Of a DNA stretch of 28,247 bases, positions 1 to 8,905 are shown piece by piece (within the stretch, counting starts at the first letter, position 1; each line of letters opens with the position of its first letter). This DNA comes from a virus (lineage: Duplodnaviria; Caudoviricetes). Below the pieces are notes generated by a model. The model had not been told where the DNA came from, made no database searches, and was given only the letters and a program-made list of their open reading frames with translations. Both the position numbers and the translations under genes were made by a program. The stretch covers positions 1 through 28,247 of IMG/VR virus record IMGVR_UViG_3300036546_000044. The stretch is one strand, 5' to 3'.

Positions 1-2
1 AT

Positions 3-254
3 GTATTAGATAAGGTTCCTGAATCAGTAGGGCTATTGAAGAAATGGGTAACGGTAAAAGATAAACGAGTTAGAAGTTTTTCAAAAGGCGATAAGGCAGA
101 CCATGCTAAGATGGACGGAAAGACAATCCCATACGATGAAGATTTTGTAACGCCAGCAGGTAGTAAAGGCAAAGCACCGATGCAGTTAAAAGGACCGAAC
201 GCAAAAGCCGATGTAATTAATTGCAGATGCATTATGCGGTCGGTTATTCCATAA
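3..254 (+). CDS. Minor head/morphogenesis protein (SPP1 gp7 / Mu F-like), C-terminal part, 5'-truncated by the window
   Basis: Frame open from the window start. It has the KKW...D.RVR...H..MDG...F motif and the terminal INCRC motif typical of this family, and lies directly upstream of scaffold and capsid. Confidence 0.85.
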   Translation, partial: VLDKVPESVGLLKKWVTVKDKRVRSFSKGDKADHAKMDGKTIPYDEDFVTPAGSKGKAPMQLKGPNAKADVINCRCIMRSVIP

Positions 255-274
255 CATGTTGCAAATGTCACATA

Positions 275-303
275 TTGCAAATGCAACAAGAATAATGTAT
301 AAT
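275..303 (+). promoter_or_regulatory. SigA-type promoter for the scaffold/capsid operon
   Basis: TTGCAA (275-280), 17 bp spacer, TATAAT (298-303). Overlaps two tandem palindromes at 257-288. Confidence 0.7.
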
Positions 304-355
304 TAAGAAAATGAACTAACAGGCAAGAACTGTTAGGGCTAAAAGGAGAAAGAAA

Positions 356-1006
356 ATGTTAAACGATACAATCAAACGAATGAATTTACAGTTATTTGCA
401 GAAGATACGGGGGCGGACGTTGGCAACAATACGCAAAACGTGGAAACCCCACCCGATAAAACAGAGGTTAAAACGTATACTGAGGATGAATTGAAAGCAC
501 AGATTCAGGCTGAGACTGACCGCAAAGTTACTAAAGCGCTAGAGACAGCAAAAGCCAAGTGGTTAGAAGAAGAACAGGCGAAAGTTAAGCAGGCCGAAGA
601 ACTGGCAAAGTTAAGCGAAAAAGAACGGGCAGCGAAAGAATTTGAGATTCAGCGCAACGAGTTTGAAGCAGAGAAAAGTAAATTCCAGCGAGAGCGTTTA
701 ACGTTACAAACCGAAAAAGATTTAATCAATAAAAATTTACCGCCTGAATTTGCTGAATTGTTGGTATCAGAGAACGCCGAAAAGACACTTGAAAGAATCA
801 ATATGTTTGAAGCTAGTTGGCAAGCAGCAATCGAGAAAGCTATTGATGATAAAGTAAAAGGGCGTACACCGAAAGGCAATACAAACGATCAGGCAGGCGA
901 AATAAACCCGTGGAAAAAAGAAACATTCAACCTTACAAAACAGGGTGAAATTATTATGAGCAATCCGGCATTAGCTGAACAAATGAAAAGAGCAGCCGGG
1001 AAATGA
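356..1006 (+). CDS. Capsid scaffolding protein (DUF4355-like)
   Basis: AAGGAG RBS; N-terminal MNLQLFAE motif; charged coiled-coil body; C-terminal NPWKKETFNLTKQ motif; immediately precedes the capsid gene. Confidence 0.88.
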   Translation: MLNDTIKRMNLQLFAEDTGADVGNNTQNVETPPDKTEVKTYTEDELKAQIQAETDRKVTKALETAKAKWLEEEQAKVKQAEELAKLSEKERAAKEFEIQRNEFEAEKSKFQRERLTLQTEKDLINKNLPPEFAELLVSENAEKTLERINMFEASWQAAIEKAIDDKVKGRTPKGNTNDQAGEINPWKKETFNLTKQGEIIMSNPALAEQMKRAAGK

Positions 1007-1020
1007 AAGGAAATTAAAAC

Positions 1021-1974
1021 ATGGCAGCAACTAAAATAAGTGACGTTATTGTACCTGACGTATTTAATCCGTACGTCGTAGAAAGAACAGCTGAAAAGTC
1101 AGCACTATATCAATCAGGAATTATCCAATCAGATGCACAATTAAACGCATTGGCACAGTCAGGCGGTACATTATTACAGATGCCATTCTGGGCAGATTTA
1201 ACCGGTGACGATGAAGTATTATCAGATACCGGATCATTAACAGCCGGTGCAATCACAGCATCGAAAGATATCGCAAGATTACATATGCGTGGTCGTGCAT
1301 GGGGCGTAAATGATTTAGCTAAAGCATTGTCAGGCGACGATCCTATGGGAGTTGTAGGCGATTTGGTAGCTGATTACTGGGCCAGACGTATGCAGGCAGC
1401 TTTAATTAAAACATTAGACGGTGTATTTGCATCCGCTACAATGTCTGGAAACTTACATGATATTACAGCCGTTACTGGCGCAGATACATTTACCGGAGAG
1501 CATTTCATTGATGCTACTCATAAACTAGGCGACGCAGAAAACCTATTAACGGCTATTATGGTTCATTCAGCTACTTATGCTAGCATGAGAAAACAGAACT
1601 TAATCAACTTTATCCCTAATTCACAGGGCGTATATGATATCCCTACTTATATGGGCAAAAGAGTTATCATTGATGACGGTCTACCAATTGTATCAACAAC
1701 TAACTACACCACTTACCTATTTGGTGCTGGTGCTATTGGTTATGGAGAAGGCGCTCCACCTGTACCAACTGAAACAGACCGAGATTCATTAGCTGGTGAA
1801 GATTACCTGATTACTCGTAAACACTTCCTATTGCATCCACGTGGAGTAAAATGGAATGAGGCAAGCGTGGCAGGCGACAGCCCAACTAATGCAGAATTAG
1901 CAACCGCTGCAAACTGGACAAGAGTATACGAAAACAAAAATATCCGTATTGTTAAGTTTTTACACAAACTTTAA
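1021..1974 (+). CDS. Major capsid protein
   Basis: 317 aa. TKISDVIVPDVFNPYV start, MPFW, ETDRD and HPRG motifs and WTRVYENKNI end are typical of Firmicutes phage coat proteins; follows the scaffold. Confidence 0.92.
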   Translation: MAATKISDVIVPDVFNPYVVERTAEKSALYQSGIIQSDAQLNALAQSGGTLLQMPFWADLTGDDEVLSDTGSLTAGAITASKDIARLHMRGRAWGVNDLAKALSGDDPMGVVGDLVADYWARRMQAALIKTLDGVFASATMSGNLHDITAVTGADTFTGEHFIDATHKLGDAENLLTAIMVHSATYASMRKQNLINFIPNSQGVYDIPTYMGKRVIIDDGLPIVSTTNYTTYLFGAGAIGYGEGAPPVPTETDRDSLAGEDYLITRKHFLLHPRGVKWNEASVAGDSPTNAELATAANWTRVYENKNIRIVKFLHKL

Positions 1975-1983
1975 TAACTGAAT

Positions 1984-2007
1984 GGGTGGGGAAACCTGCC
2001 CTTTTTT
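1984..2007 (+). terminator. Intrinsic terminator after the capsid gene
   Basis: GGGTGGG-GAAA-CCTGCCC stem-loop followed by T6. Confidence 0.75.
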
Positions 2008-2021
2008 AGAAAGGAGTTGCC

Positions 2022-2222
2022 ATGAGTGTAACAGCATTCAACAGACAACGCCGGGAAATGGCTAATAAAAAAGTAACCAAAGTAACGGAAGTAACAAAAG
2101 TAATAAATTATGAAGAAATGACAAAAGCTGAAATTGCTGAAAAGCTGTCAGCACTTGGAATTGATTTTGATGCAAGGAAAAACAAAGAATCACTAATTGA
2201 GTTGCTGAAAGCTGGTAAATAG
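2022..2222 (+). CDS. Small head-associated protein with HeH/LEM (Rho-N-like) domain
   Basis: YEEMTKAEIAEKLSALGIDFDARKNKESLIELL helix-extension-helix pattern; AAGGAG RBS. Confidence 0.7.
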   Translation: MSVTAFNRQRREMANKKVTKVTEVTKVINYEEMTKAEIAEKLSALGIDFDARKNKESLIELLKAGK

Positions 2223-2224
2223 AT

Positions 2225-2455
2225 ATGACAGACCGGGAGAAATTACTAGAATGGTGCAAGCTTTATTGTAACAATTCCACGTTAGTCGATGAATCCGGAT
2301 TCTCGTATGTGTTGGATAACTTAACCGCCGAAATGGAAAGAGTAGGCATTACAAGTGAAAGCCTATCCGACATGAGCCAAAGTTTCGGTAGTAATGATGC
2401 TGGCATGAGCATTAAAAGCCTATTGAGCCCGTACAGCCGCTTAAAAATGTTATGA
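2225..2455 (+). CDS. Head-tail connector/adaptor protein
   Basis: Position, size and the GITSESLSDMSQSF...LLSPY pattern of gp6/gp15-like adaptors. Confidence 0.7.
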   Translation: MTDREKLLEWCKLYCNNSTLVDESGFSYVLDNLTAEMERVGITSESLSDMSQSFGSNDAGMSIKSLLSPYSRLKML

Positions 2456-2898
2456 GCGTAAAAGATATTAACAATACTGATGAGTTGCTAAAAACGATTA
2501 ACAGCATGATAAAAAATGAAGTTACAATTGGCGTTCATGGAGATGTTGGAAGTGACATTTTTGACCGGGCAACATGGAACGAGTTTGGAACACACGATAA
2601 AAAAGGAAAAGTTTTGATTCCTGAGCGGTCTTTTATTCGTGCTTGTTTTGACAGTGAAAAAGCGGATATAAACAGAGATATGGAGAAAATAGCAGAAAGA
2701 GTTGTCGCTGGACAAATGAAAGTTAAGACGGGGCTTAATCTATTAGGGGATGCCACAAAAGGGCGAGTACAAGAGTACGCAATCAGATTAAGTACTCCGG
2801 CTAACAAATACAGCACGATAAAGAAAAAAGGTTCATCTAATCCGCTTGTTGATACTGGTCAAATGATTGGATCAATTGATTACAAAGTAAAGGGGTAA
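2452..2898 (+). CDS. Neck/tail-completion protein (HK97 gp10-like)
   Basis: NEFGT...IPERSFIR and KKGSSNPLVDTG motifs; ATGA overlap with the previous gene. Confidence 0.75.
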   Translation: MSVKDINNTDELLKTINSMIKNEVTIGVHGDVGSDIFDRATWNEFGTHDKKGKVLIPERSFIRACFDSEKADINRDMEKIAERVVAGQMKVKTGLNLLGDATKGRVQEYAIRLSTPANKYSTIKKKGSSNPLVDTGQMIGSIDYKVKG

Positions 2899-2901
2899 TA
2901 T

Positions 2902-3252
2902 ATGTTTAATTTTAAAGCATTAGTAAAAAAATATAGCAAAATTTCCCCTTATATCCAAACGGAAACGGCGGGGCATTACGATTACGCCAACGGCGGTGAG
3001 TGGGTTCCTGGCACAACGGCGTGGGTAGCCTTTGAAGGGGCATTGGTGCCGTTAAGCAACAAAGATTTAACCTATGATGAAAACGGCACGTACACTCTTG
3101 ATGACCGTAAACTTTATACCTACAATGATTACAAGGTAGGGCAAAAGATTAAGCACAAAGATATCATTTACACCATTGATAAGCGTAAAGATTACGCAGA
3201 TTTTGACAGCGGTTTAATTATCTATATTGTTGTGAGAGGTGACACGGCATGA
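2902..3252 (+). CDS. Head-closure / head-tail joining protein
   Basis: Beta-rich 116 aa protein in the neck cluster; assigned by synteny. Confidence 0.6.
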   Translation: MFNFKALVKKYSKISPYIQTETAGHYDYANGGEWVPGTTAWVAFEGALVPLSNKDLTYDENGTYTLDDRKLYTYNDYKVGQKIKHKDIIYTIDKRKDYADFDSGLIIYIVVRGDTA

Positions 3253-3758
3253 GCCTGACTACTGTTAGAAACTTAATTGTTAGTAAACTGTATGCTAAAA
3301 CAGCAAAGCCTGTGATTCAGATGGAACAAACAGCGACTAAACCGGCCTACCCGTTCATTGGGTATAAGATCATCGTATCGGATAACAGAGAACCGGGACA
3401 GTCAATAATGGAACGTGTAGCGGTAACGAGCACAGAACCGCTATTTGATTACGACATTAAAGAAACGGCTATTGACCAAGTAACGGCGACATTCAGTTTT
3501 AACGCCTACGGTGCGAAACCTGCCGATGCTTATGATTTAGCAATTACTGCAAAGAACTATATTCAGCACAATCTATACTATGACTTAAAGGATATCGGGG
3601 CGGTAGTTGTTAGCGTTGAAGCAATCGGAGACAGAACGGTTTTAATCGACCCTGCGTATGAGTTCCGATACGGGTTCGATGTTATTATAAGGATGGTTAA
3701 TAGTACCGAGCGTATTGTTAGTACCATTGAAGAAATAAATATAAATTTGGAGGATTAA
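3249..3758 (+). CDS. Tail terminator / neck protein
   Basis: Directly before the sheath gene; P.YPFIGY start and YEFRYGFDV end pattern. Confidence 0.65.
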   Translation: MSLTTVRNLIVSKLYAKTAKPVIQMEQTATKPAYPFIGYKIIVSDNREPGQSIMERVAVTSTEPLFDYDIKETAIDQVTATFSFNAYGAKPADAYDLAITAKNYIQHNLYYDLKDIGAVVVSVEAIGDRTVLIDPAYEFRYGFDVIIRMVNSTERIVSTIEEININLED

Positions 3759-3762
3759 AAGT

Positions 3763-4752
3763 TTGAGTAGATTAAACGATTTTGTAGTAAACATAACACT
3801 TGCACAACTACCCGATAAATCAGCGCCTTTTGGCAAGATTTTAATTGTAACGGATGACGTTGATAAAGCGTATACTACTTATGCAGATTTAACGGCGGTA
3901 TTAGCAGACTTTGCAGACACAACCGACACTTACAAGATGGCGGCGCAATTGTTCGCACAAACACCAGCACCGGACGGAATTGCAGTACTGGGAGATTCCA
4001 CTATTTTACCGGCTGACTTGACATCTTTGTTGACCGCTAATGTCAATCAAGACTTTACCGTTTTTTACTGTACAAATGCAGACGATACTTTTATCGCAGC
4101 GCTAAGCGCATGGGCCGAAGCAAACGGGCGTTTTTATGCGACCACTACACAAAATAAAGCACTTGTAAAATCAGGCATTAGACATGCTTTAGTCATGTAC
4201 CATAGTATAGTTGGCGATTATTTGGCTGAAAAGCTTGTAACCTATATGCTTGTTCGGCCCATTGGTTCGGTAGTCGGTAAGTTTAAAACACTTGTGGGAA
4301 CAGCAGAGAGCGTTGTTACTGACGCAGAGTTAGCGACACTACACGCTAACTATTTAGGCACTTATATCGAGGATATGGGCGTATTGCAGACAACACAGGC
4401 ACAGACACAAAGCGGTGAGTATGTAGATGTTGTACTCGGTGCGTTATGGATTAAACTGGAAATGGAAGCGGGTCTTAGAAATTTAGCCTTAACAACCGGG
4501 AAGATCCCATATTCTAATGCTGGTATCGCACTTTTAAAAGATGTAGCCATTAAGGTGTTGCAACAGGCCGCCGTTAATGGGATTATTCTGTTAGATGAAA
4601 ACGGAAACGCAACCTATACCATGACAGCATTAACGAGAGAACAATCAAGCGTTAATGATCGAGCAGATCGACAGTATAACGGCATTAGCTGGACAGCCTC
4701 GCTTGCAGGGGCAATTGAACATGCTACAATCAGCGGGACATTGGAGGTGTAA
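3763..4752 (+). CDS. Tail sheath protein (DUF3383-like)
   Basis: TTG start with GGAGG RBS; KFKTL.G, GEYVDVVLGALW, KIPYSNAGI and LAGAIEH motifs. Confidence 0.82.
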   Translation: MSRLNDFVVNITLAQLPDKSAPFGKILIVTDDVDKAYTTYADLTAVLADFADTTDTYKMAAQLFAQTPAPDGIAVLGDSTILPADLTSLLTANVNQDFTVFYCTNADDTFIAALSAWAEANGRFYATTTQNKALVKSGIRHALVMYHSIVGDYLAEKLVTYMLVRPIGSVVGKFKTLVGTAESVVTDAELATLHANYLGTYIEDMGVLQTTQAQTQSGEYVDVVLGALWIKLEMEAGLRNLALTTGKIPYSNAGIALLKDVAIKVLQQAAVNGIILLDENGNATYTMTALTREQSSVNDRADRQYNGISWTASLAGAIEHATISGTLEV

Positions 4753-4755
4753 AAG

Positions 4756-5160
4756 ATGATAAACGTATATGATTCATTAGATGTAACAGTCATTGCCGAT
4801 GGCGTGATAACAACCGGTTTGGCAGACAGCGATGCCGTAACAATTGGACAGAACGAAGAAAGTTTCTCAAAGCAAGTAGGGATTCAGGGAGATGTTACTT
4901 TTTCAGAAACTAACGACAGGACAGGATTTGCAACAGTCGTGTTAAAAGCGACAAGTCCAGCGGTTCAACAGTATGAGGAACTATCCAGACGTAAAGGCGA
5001 AAACGCTTTATTCGCTTTTCAGGTTATCGATGCAAACACAAACGGGCTGACAAGTGGCGGTACTAAGTGCCGAGTAAAGAAATCGGCTGAAAAATCTTAC
5101 AGCAATGAAGAAGGCACAAGAGAATATGAGATTGAAATTGCTGATTACACAAGCAAATAA
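4756..5160 (+). CDS. Tail tube protein (DUF3277-like)
   Basis: Follows the sheath; YD..DV.VI.DG start, VG.QG motif and REYEI end. Confidence 0.78.
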   Translation: MINVYDSLDVTVIADGVITTGLADSDAVTIGQNEESFSKQVGIQGDVTFSETNDRTGFATVVLKATSPAVQQYEELSRRKGENALFAFQVIDANTNGLTSGGTKCRVKKSAEKSYSNEEGTREYEIEIADYTSK

Positions 5161-5174
5161 AGGACGGTAAATAA

Positions 5175-5435
5175 ATGGCAACTAAAACAGTTACAATAAA
5201 CGGGACAGAGTTTACATTACAGAAAGTTCCAACAAATTACTGGTACAAGATTAAAGACCGTAGTAAAGATAAGAACGGCAACCCATCAGAAGAAAAACTT
5301 TTCTCTGAGGTTTTAGAGCATATCGTCGTAAGCCCTAAAATGAAAATGGAAGATTTTGAAGAAGTAGAGGATTTCGAGGAGGTCATGCAAGCGGCTATTA
5401 TGTTTCAATGCAAGCGAGCAGAACCTAAAATCTAA
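5175..5435 (+). CDS. Tail assembly chaperone
   Basis: Small protein between tube and tape measure. Confidence 0.72.
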   Translation: MATKTVTINGTEFTLQKVPTNYWYKIKDRSKDKNGNPSEEKLFSEVLEHIVVSPKMKMEDFEEVEDFEEVMQAAIMFQCKRAEPKI

Positions 5436-5607
5436 GGAACAATATAAAAAAGATGCAATCAATAATTGGTACTTCTGGAAACCAATCGTGTGTGGTGCTT
5501 TAACTTACACTGAGGCTATTAATTTAGAGGATAGTGTATTACTTGAAGCTTGCGCCGCCATTGACTACCGGGAAGAACTAATTGCACAAAGCATGAAAAA
5601 GAAATAG
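5404..5607 (+). CDS. Second chaperone reading frame, probably a frameshift extension of 5175-5435
   Basis: The +1 frame is open from 5368 to TAG at 5605-5607 and reads ...KEQYKKDAINNWYFWKPIVCGALTYTEAINLEDSVLLEACAAIDYREE...; it has no convincing start or RBS. The start coordinate is approximate. Confidence 0.6.
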   Translation, partial: FNASEQNLKSKEQYKKDAINNWYFWKPIVCGALTYTEAINLEDSVLLEACAAIDYREELIAQSMKKK

Positions 5608-5631
5608 CGCTCTGAAATGGGCGCTTTTTTT
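5606..5631 (+). terminator. Intrinsic terminator-like hairpin before the tape measure gene
   Basis: AGCGCTC-TGAAAT-GGGCGCT followed by T6. Confidence 0.6.
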
Positions 5632-5647
5632 GAAGAAAGGAGGGCAA

Positions 5648-7729
5648 ATGGCAGACTTAAGAAGTTTAGTATTCAGCCTTGTTTTTAAAGGTGATCCGAC
5701 CGACATTAAGAAAATGAATAAAGCTACAGACGAATTGAAAGGCAATTTCGGTGGCTTAGATAATACTGTAAAAAATATAGGAAAAACAATTGCGGTTGCT
5801 TTTGCAGCTGATAAGATTTTCGATTTTGGGAAGTCGGCTATTGAATCGGCTGGATCGGCAAAAGCCATTGATTCGCAATTTACTCAAACATTTGGTGGTT
5901 TAGAATCAAATGCGCAAACAGCAATAGATAATATGGCTGGTCAGTTCGGCATGGTTCCAAACCGTTTAAAACCAGCAATGTCACAAATGACAAGCATGTT
6001 TAAGGGACTAGGGTTAAGCACCGAAGACGCAATGGGAAAGGCAACGGATGCCGTTACAATATCAGCGGATGCGGCGGCGTTTTACGATAAGTCTTTTAGT
6101 GATGCTAATAGCGCATTAACATCGTTTATCAAGGGTAATTACGAGGGCGGTGAGTCAATCGGTTTATTCGCTAATGACACGCAGATGGCGGCCTATGCGA
6201 TCGAAAAAGGGTTAGTCGGCGCAACGTCCGAATGGTCGGCATTAGATGAAGCCACGAAACAAGCAACCCGGATGGAATACGCTCAAAATATGCAGGAATT
6301 AGCAGGGGCAACAGGTCAAGCAGCTAGAGAGTCTGACGGGTACGAAAACCAGATAGGAAATATACAACAAGCGTGGAAAGATTTTTTAGCTATTGTTGGT
6401 GGCCCTGTTTTAGGTAGTGTCGTTGGGATAATGAAAAACATTACCGATGGATTGCAACAGGCTGGCGAAAAGGTTATATTTTTACAGGATGGCTTTAATG
6501 GTTTGGGAGACCCTGACGCACTAAGCGGTTTAGACTCTGACTTGTACGAGGTCGGAGAAAAAATAAGAGAAATATCCGACGGTTTTGTATGGGCTGGCGA
6601 AAAAGTTGGCGAATTTATCAACGATACTGGTGGAATACAAGGTGTAATTGACAAAGTTGTGATACTGGCCGGGGCTTTTGCGGCAGTAAAAACAGCAATG
6701 GCGGTTTCATCAACGATTCAGGCGGTAATGTCTGCATACAAATCATTAACGGCTGTAATGGGGCTATTAAGTGTTGCGACCATGAAAAACATAGGTGAAA
6801 CACTATTGCTACAAGGTTTATATGTAAAAGATGCTATACTTAAAGTAGCTTCAGCAACCGCTACCGGGATAATGACAGCGGCTCAATGGCTTTTAAATGT
6901 AGCTTTGAACGCCAATCCAATCGGAATAATCATCATGGCAATAGCAGCGTTAGTAGCTGGTATTGTTTACCTGTGGAACACTAACGAGGGGTTTAGAAAC
7001 GCAGTAATCGGAGCATGGACAGCGATAAGTGAGTTTTTAGTACAGCTATGGGATAATATAGTCAGCGGATTATCGCAGGCTGGTGAGTCTTTAATGGAGA
7101 TTTGGGACGGCGTTTATAATGGTGTTACATCTTTATGGGCTGGCATAGTCGGGTTTTTTACTGGCATTGTAGATGGCGTGCAGAACGCATTTAATGGCGT
7201 GAGTGATTTTATCATTAATGCCTTTAATGGCGCGGTAACATTTTTACAAGAATTACCAGCTAATGCATTAAAATGGGCTGGCGATATGATGGACGGATTC
7301 GTAAAAGGGATTAAAGATGGTATTTCGGCGGTAGGGGATGCGGTAAAAGGTGTAGCAGATAAAGTTACTTCATTCCTTCACTTTTCACGCCCTGACGAAG
7401 GTCCGTTAAGAGAATACGAAACGTGGATGCCGGACATGATGCAGGGTCTAGCTTCTGGCATAACTAATAATGTCGGGCTAGTCAAAGAAGCGCTAAGCGG
7501 AATGACTGGACAAATGAGTGCAAAAGTAACCGGGGAAGTATCGGGAACAACGGCGACAAGTTCAGGTGGTGGCGGTGGTGTTATGAACTTTTCACCACAA
7601 ATTACGGTAAACGTGAACGGCGGTGGTCAAGTAAAGGAATCGTTTAGCAGCATCGAACAACAATTAAATTTATTTATGGACGAATACGCGCAGAAAATGG
7701 CGTTAAGAAATCCTAAAGTAGCATATTAA
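5648..7729 (+). CDS. Tail tape measure protein
   Basis: Long Ala/Gly-rich helical protein; LNANPIGIII and Trp-periodic repeats; C-terminal LHFSRPDEGPL motif. ATG 5648 follows AAAGGAGG. Confidence 0.92.
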   Translation: MADLRSLVFSLVFKGDPTDIKKMNKATDELKGNFGGLDNTVKNIGKTIAVAFAADKIFDFGKSAIESAGSAKAIDSQFTQTFGGLESNAQTAIDNMAGQFGMVPNRLKPAMSQMTSMFKGLGLSTEDAMGKATDAVTISADAAAFYDKSFSDANSALTSFIKGNYEGGESIGLFANDTQMAAYAIEKGLVGATSEWSALDEATKQATRMEYAQNMQELAGATGQAARESDGYENQIGNIQQAWKDFLAIVGGPVLGSVVGIMKNITDGLQQAGEKVIFLQDGFNGLGDPDALSGLDSDLYEVGEKIREISDGFVWAGEKVGEFINDTGGIQGVIDKVVILAGAFAAVKTAMAVSSTIQAVMSAYKSLTAVMGLLSVATMKNIGETLLLQGLYVKDAILKVASATATGIMTAAQWLLNVALNANPIGIIIMAIAALVAGIVYLWNTNEGFRNAVIGAWTAISEFLVQLWDNIVSGLSQAGESLMEIWDGVYNGVTSLWAGIVGFFTGIVDGVQNAFNGVSDFIINAFNGAVTFLQELPANALKWAGDMMDGFVKGIKDGISAVGDAVKGVADKVTSFLHFSRPDEGPLREYETWMPDMMQGLASGITNNVGLVKEALSGMTGQMSAKVTGEVSGTTATSSGGGGGVMNFSPQITVNVNGGGQVKESFSSIEQQLNLFMDEYAQKMALRNPKVAY

Positions 7730-7739
7730 GGGGGCGCAC

Positions 7740-8597
7740 ATGATAGAATATCAAGCCCATGTACAAGACGTAGGATGGACGGAAACGGTAAGCGATGGTG
7801 AAGTTGCTGGGACGGTAGGAGAAGCAAAGCGTTTAGAAGCGTTAATAGTAGAATCTGATTATAATTTAGAATATAAAGCCCATGTGCAAAACGTGGGTTG
7901 GCAAGATTGGGTTAAGCGTGGTGAAGTGGCCGGGACAACTGGTCAAGGTTTGCGGATGGAGGCGTTTAGAATTAAACTAATCGACCCCGAACAAGGTAAA
8001 CACGTATGGTATCGGGTTCATGTGGAAAACGTTGGCTGGACTGATTACGCAATAGATGGTAACATTGTTGGCAGCGTGGGGCAATCGTTGCGAATGGAAG
8101 CTGTTGAGATTCGCATAGTTGATGAATTAACTGATGAAGATTTTGCGGACTGGCTGGAATTAAGCAAGAAAAGCAAATTAGGCGAGGTTGTTTTTTCAGT
8201 TGCGACCGGGGAAGATGCGACGATGACCGCAAACATTACTGACAAACCTATCGAGGGTGGAAACATTAGTGACCATGCACAGTTACAACCACTAATAATG
8301 AGTATACCCGGTTACATTGTAGGCGATGATGCTCAGCAAAAACTGGAAAAGTTACGTGAATACATGAAAAACAGCGAGGTATTAAGGTTTGTAGGCGTTG
8401 ACATTGCACAAAATGTTATGATCACAAGCCTGAAAACAGGCCGGGCGGCAAATATTGCTGATGGCGTAGCGTTCACGGTCGATTTAAAAGAGGTTAGAAT
8501 AGCTGAAAGCGTTGTAACGGTAATAGATGAAGCATACGTCTATACCCAAGCCAATGACCTGAAAAACGGCGGATTGCAGGCGGTGTTAACAGAATGA
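7740..8597 (+). CDS. Tail tube initiator/Dit-like baseplate protein with three N-terminal ChW repeats
   Basis: Three HVQ/E..GW...AGT.G...R.EA repeats, then an ITDKPIEGG.ISDH...L.E domain typical of the gene following a tape measure. Confidence 0.75.
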   Translation: MIEYQAHVQDVGWTETVSDGEVAGTVGEAKRLEALIVESDYNLEYKAHVQNVGWQDWVKRGEVAGTTGQGLRMEAFRIKLIDPEQGKHVWYRVHVENVGWTDYAIDGNIVGSVGQSLRMEAVEIRIVDELTDEDFADWLELSKKSKLGEVVFSVATGEDATMTANITDKPIEGGNISDHAQLQPLIMSIPGYIVGDDAQQKLEKLREYMKNSEVLRFVGVDIAQNVMITSLKTGRAANIADGVAFTVDLKEVRIAESVVTVIDEAYVYTQANDLKNGGLQAVLTE

Positions 8598-8905
8598 GAA
8601 ACTACATAAAAATAGATAAATCGTTAATTCCGTATGAGTTTGACATCCGGTTAAACAAAATAACTTATACGTTTAAGATTGACTATAATTCACGCCATGA
8701 CTTTTTCACCATTGCCATTACAAAATCAGACGGAACGGTGCTAACAAGTGGCGAAAAGTTACTGCTAAACAAGCCTTTACTGTCCGAACGTGGCTATATT
8801 GACTTTCCGCTTGTCACGCCGAACGATGCAACAGGACAAGCAAGCAGGATAACGTGGGGAAACATGGGCGTAACCGTGTTTTTATATGTAGGTGTTCAAG
8901 AATGA
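8594..8905 (+). CDS. Small baseplate protein
   Basis: IDKSLIPYEFDI...YNSR.DFFT...GEKL pattern; located between initiator and hub. Confidence 0.7.
   Translation: MRNYIKIDKSLIPYEFDIRLNKITYTFKIDYNSRHDFFTIAITKSDGTVLTSGEKLLLNKPLLSERGYIDFPLVTPNDATGQASRITWGNMGVTVFLYVGVQE

Noticed and set aside
8854-8901. Longer N-terminus for the hub gene, and similar upstream starts at 5630, 15698, 19938, 22506, 23333, 26393 and 27911
   Set aside because: Downstream starts have better RBSs or stop-start overlaps.
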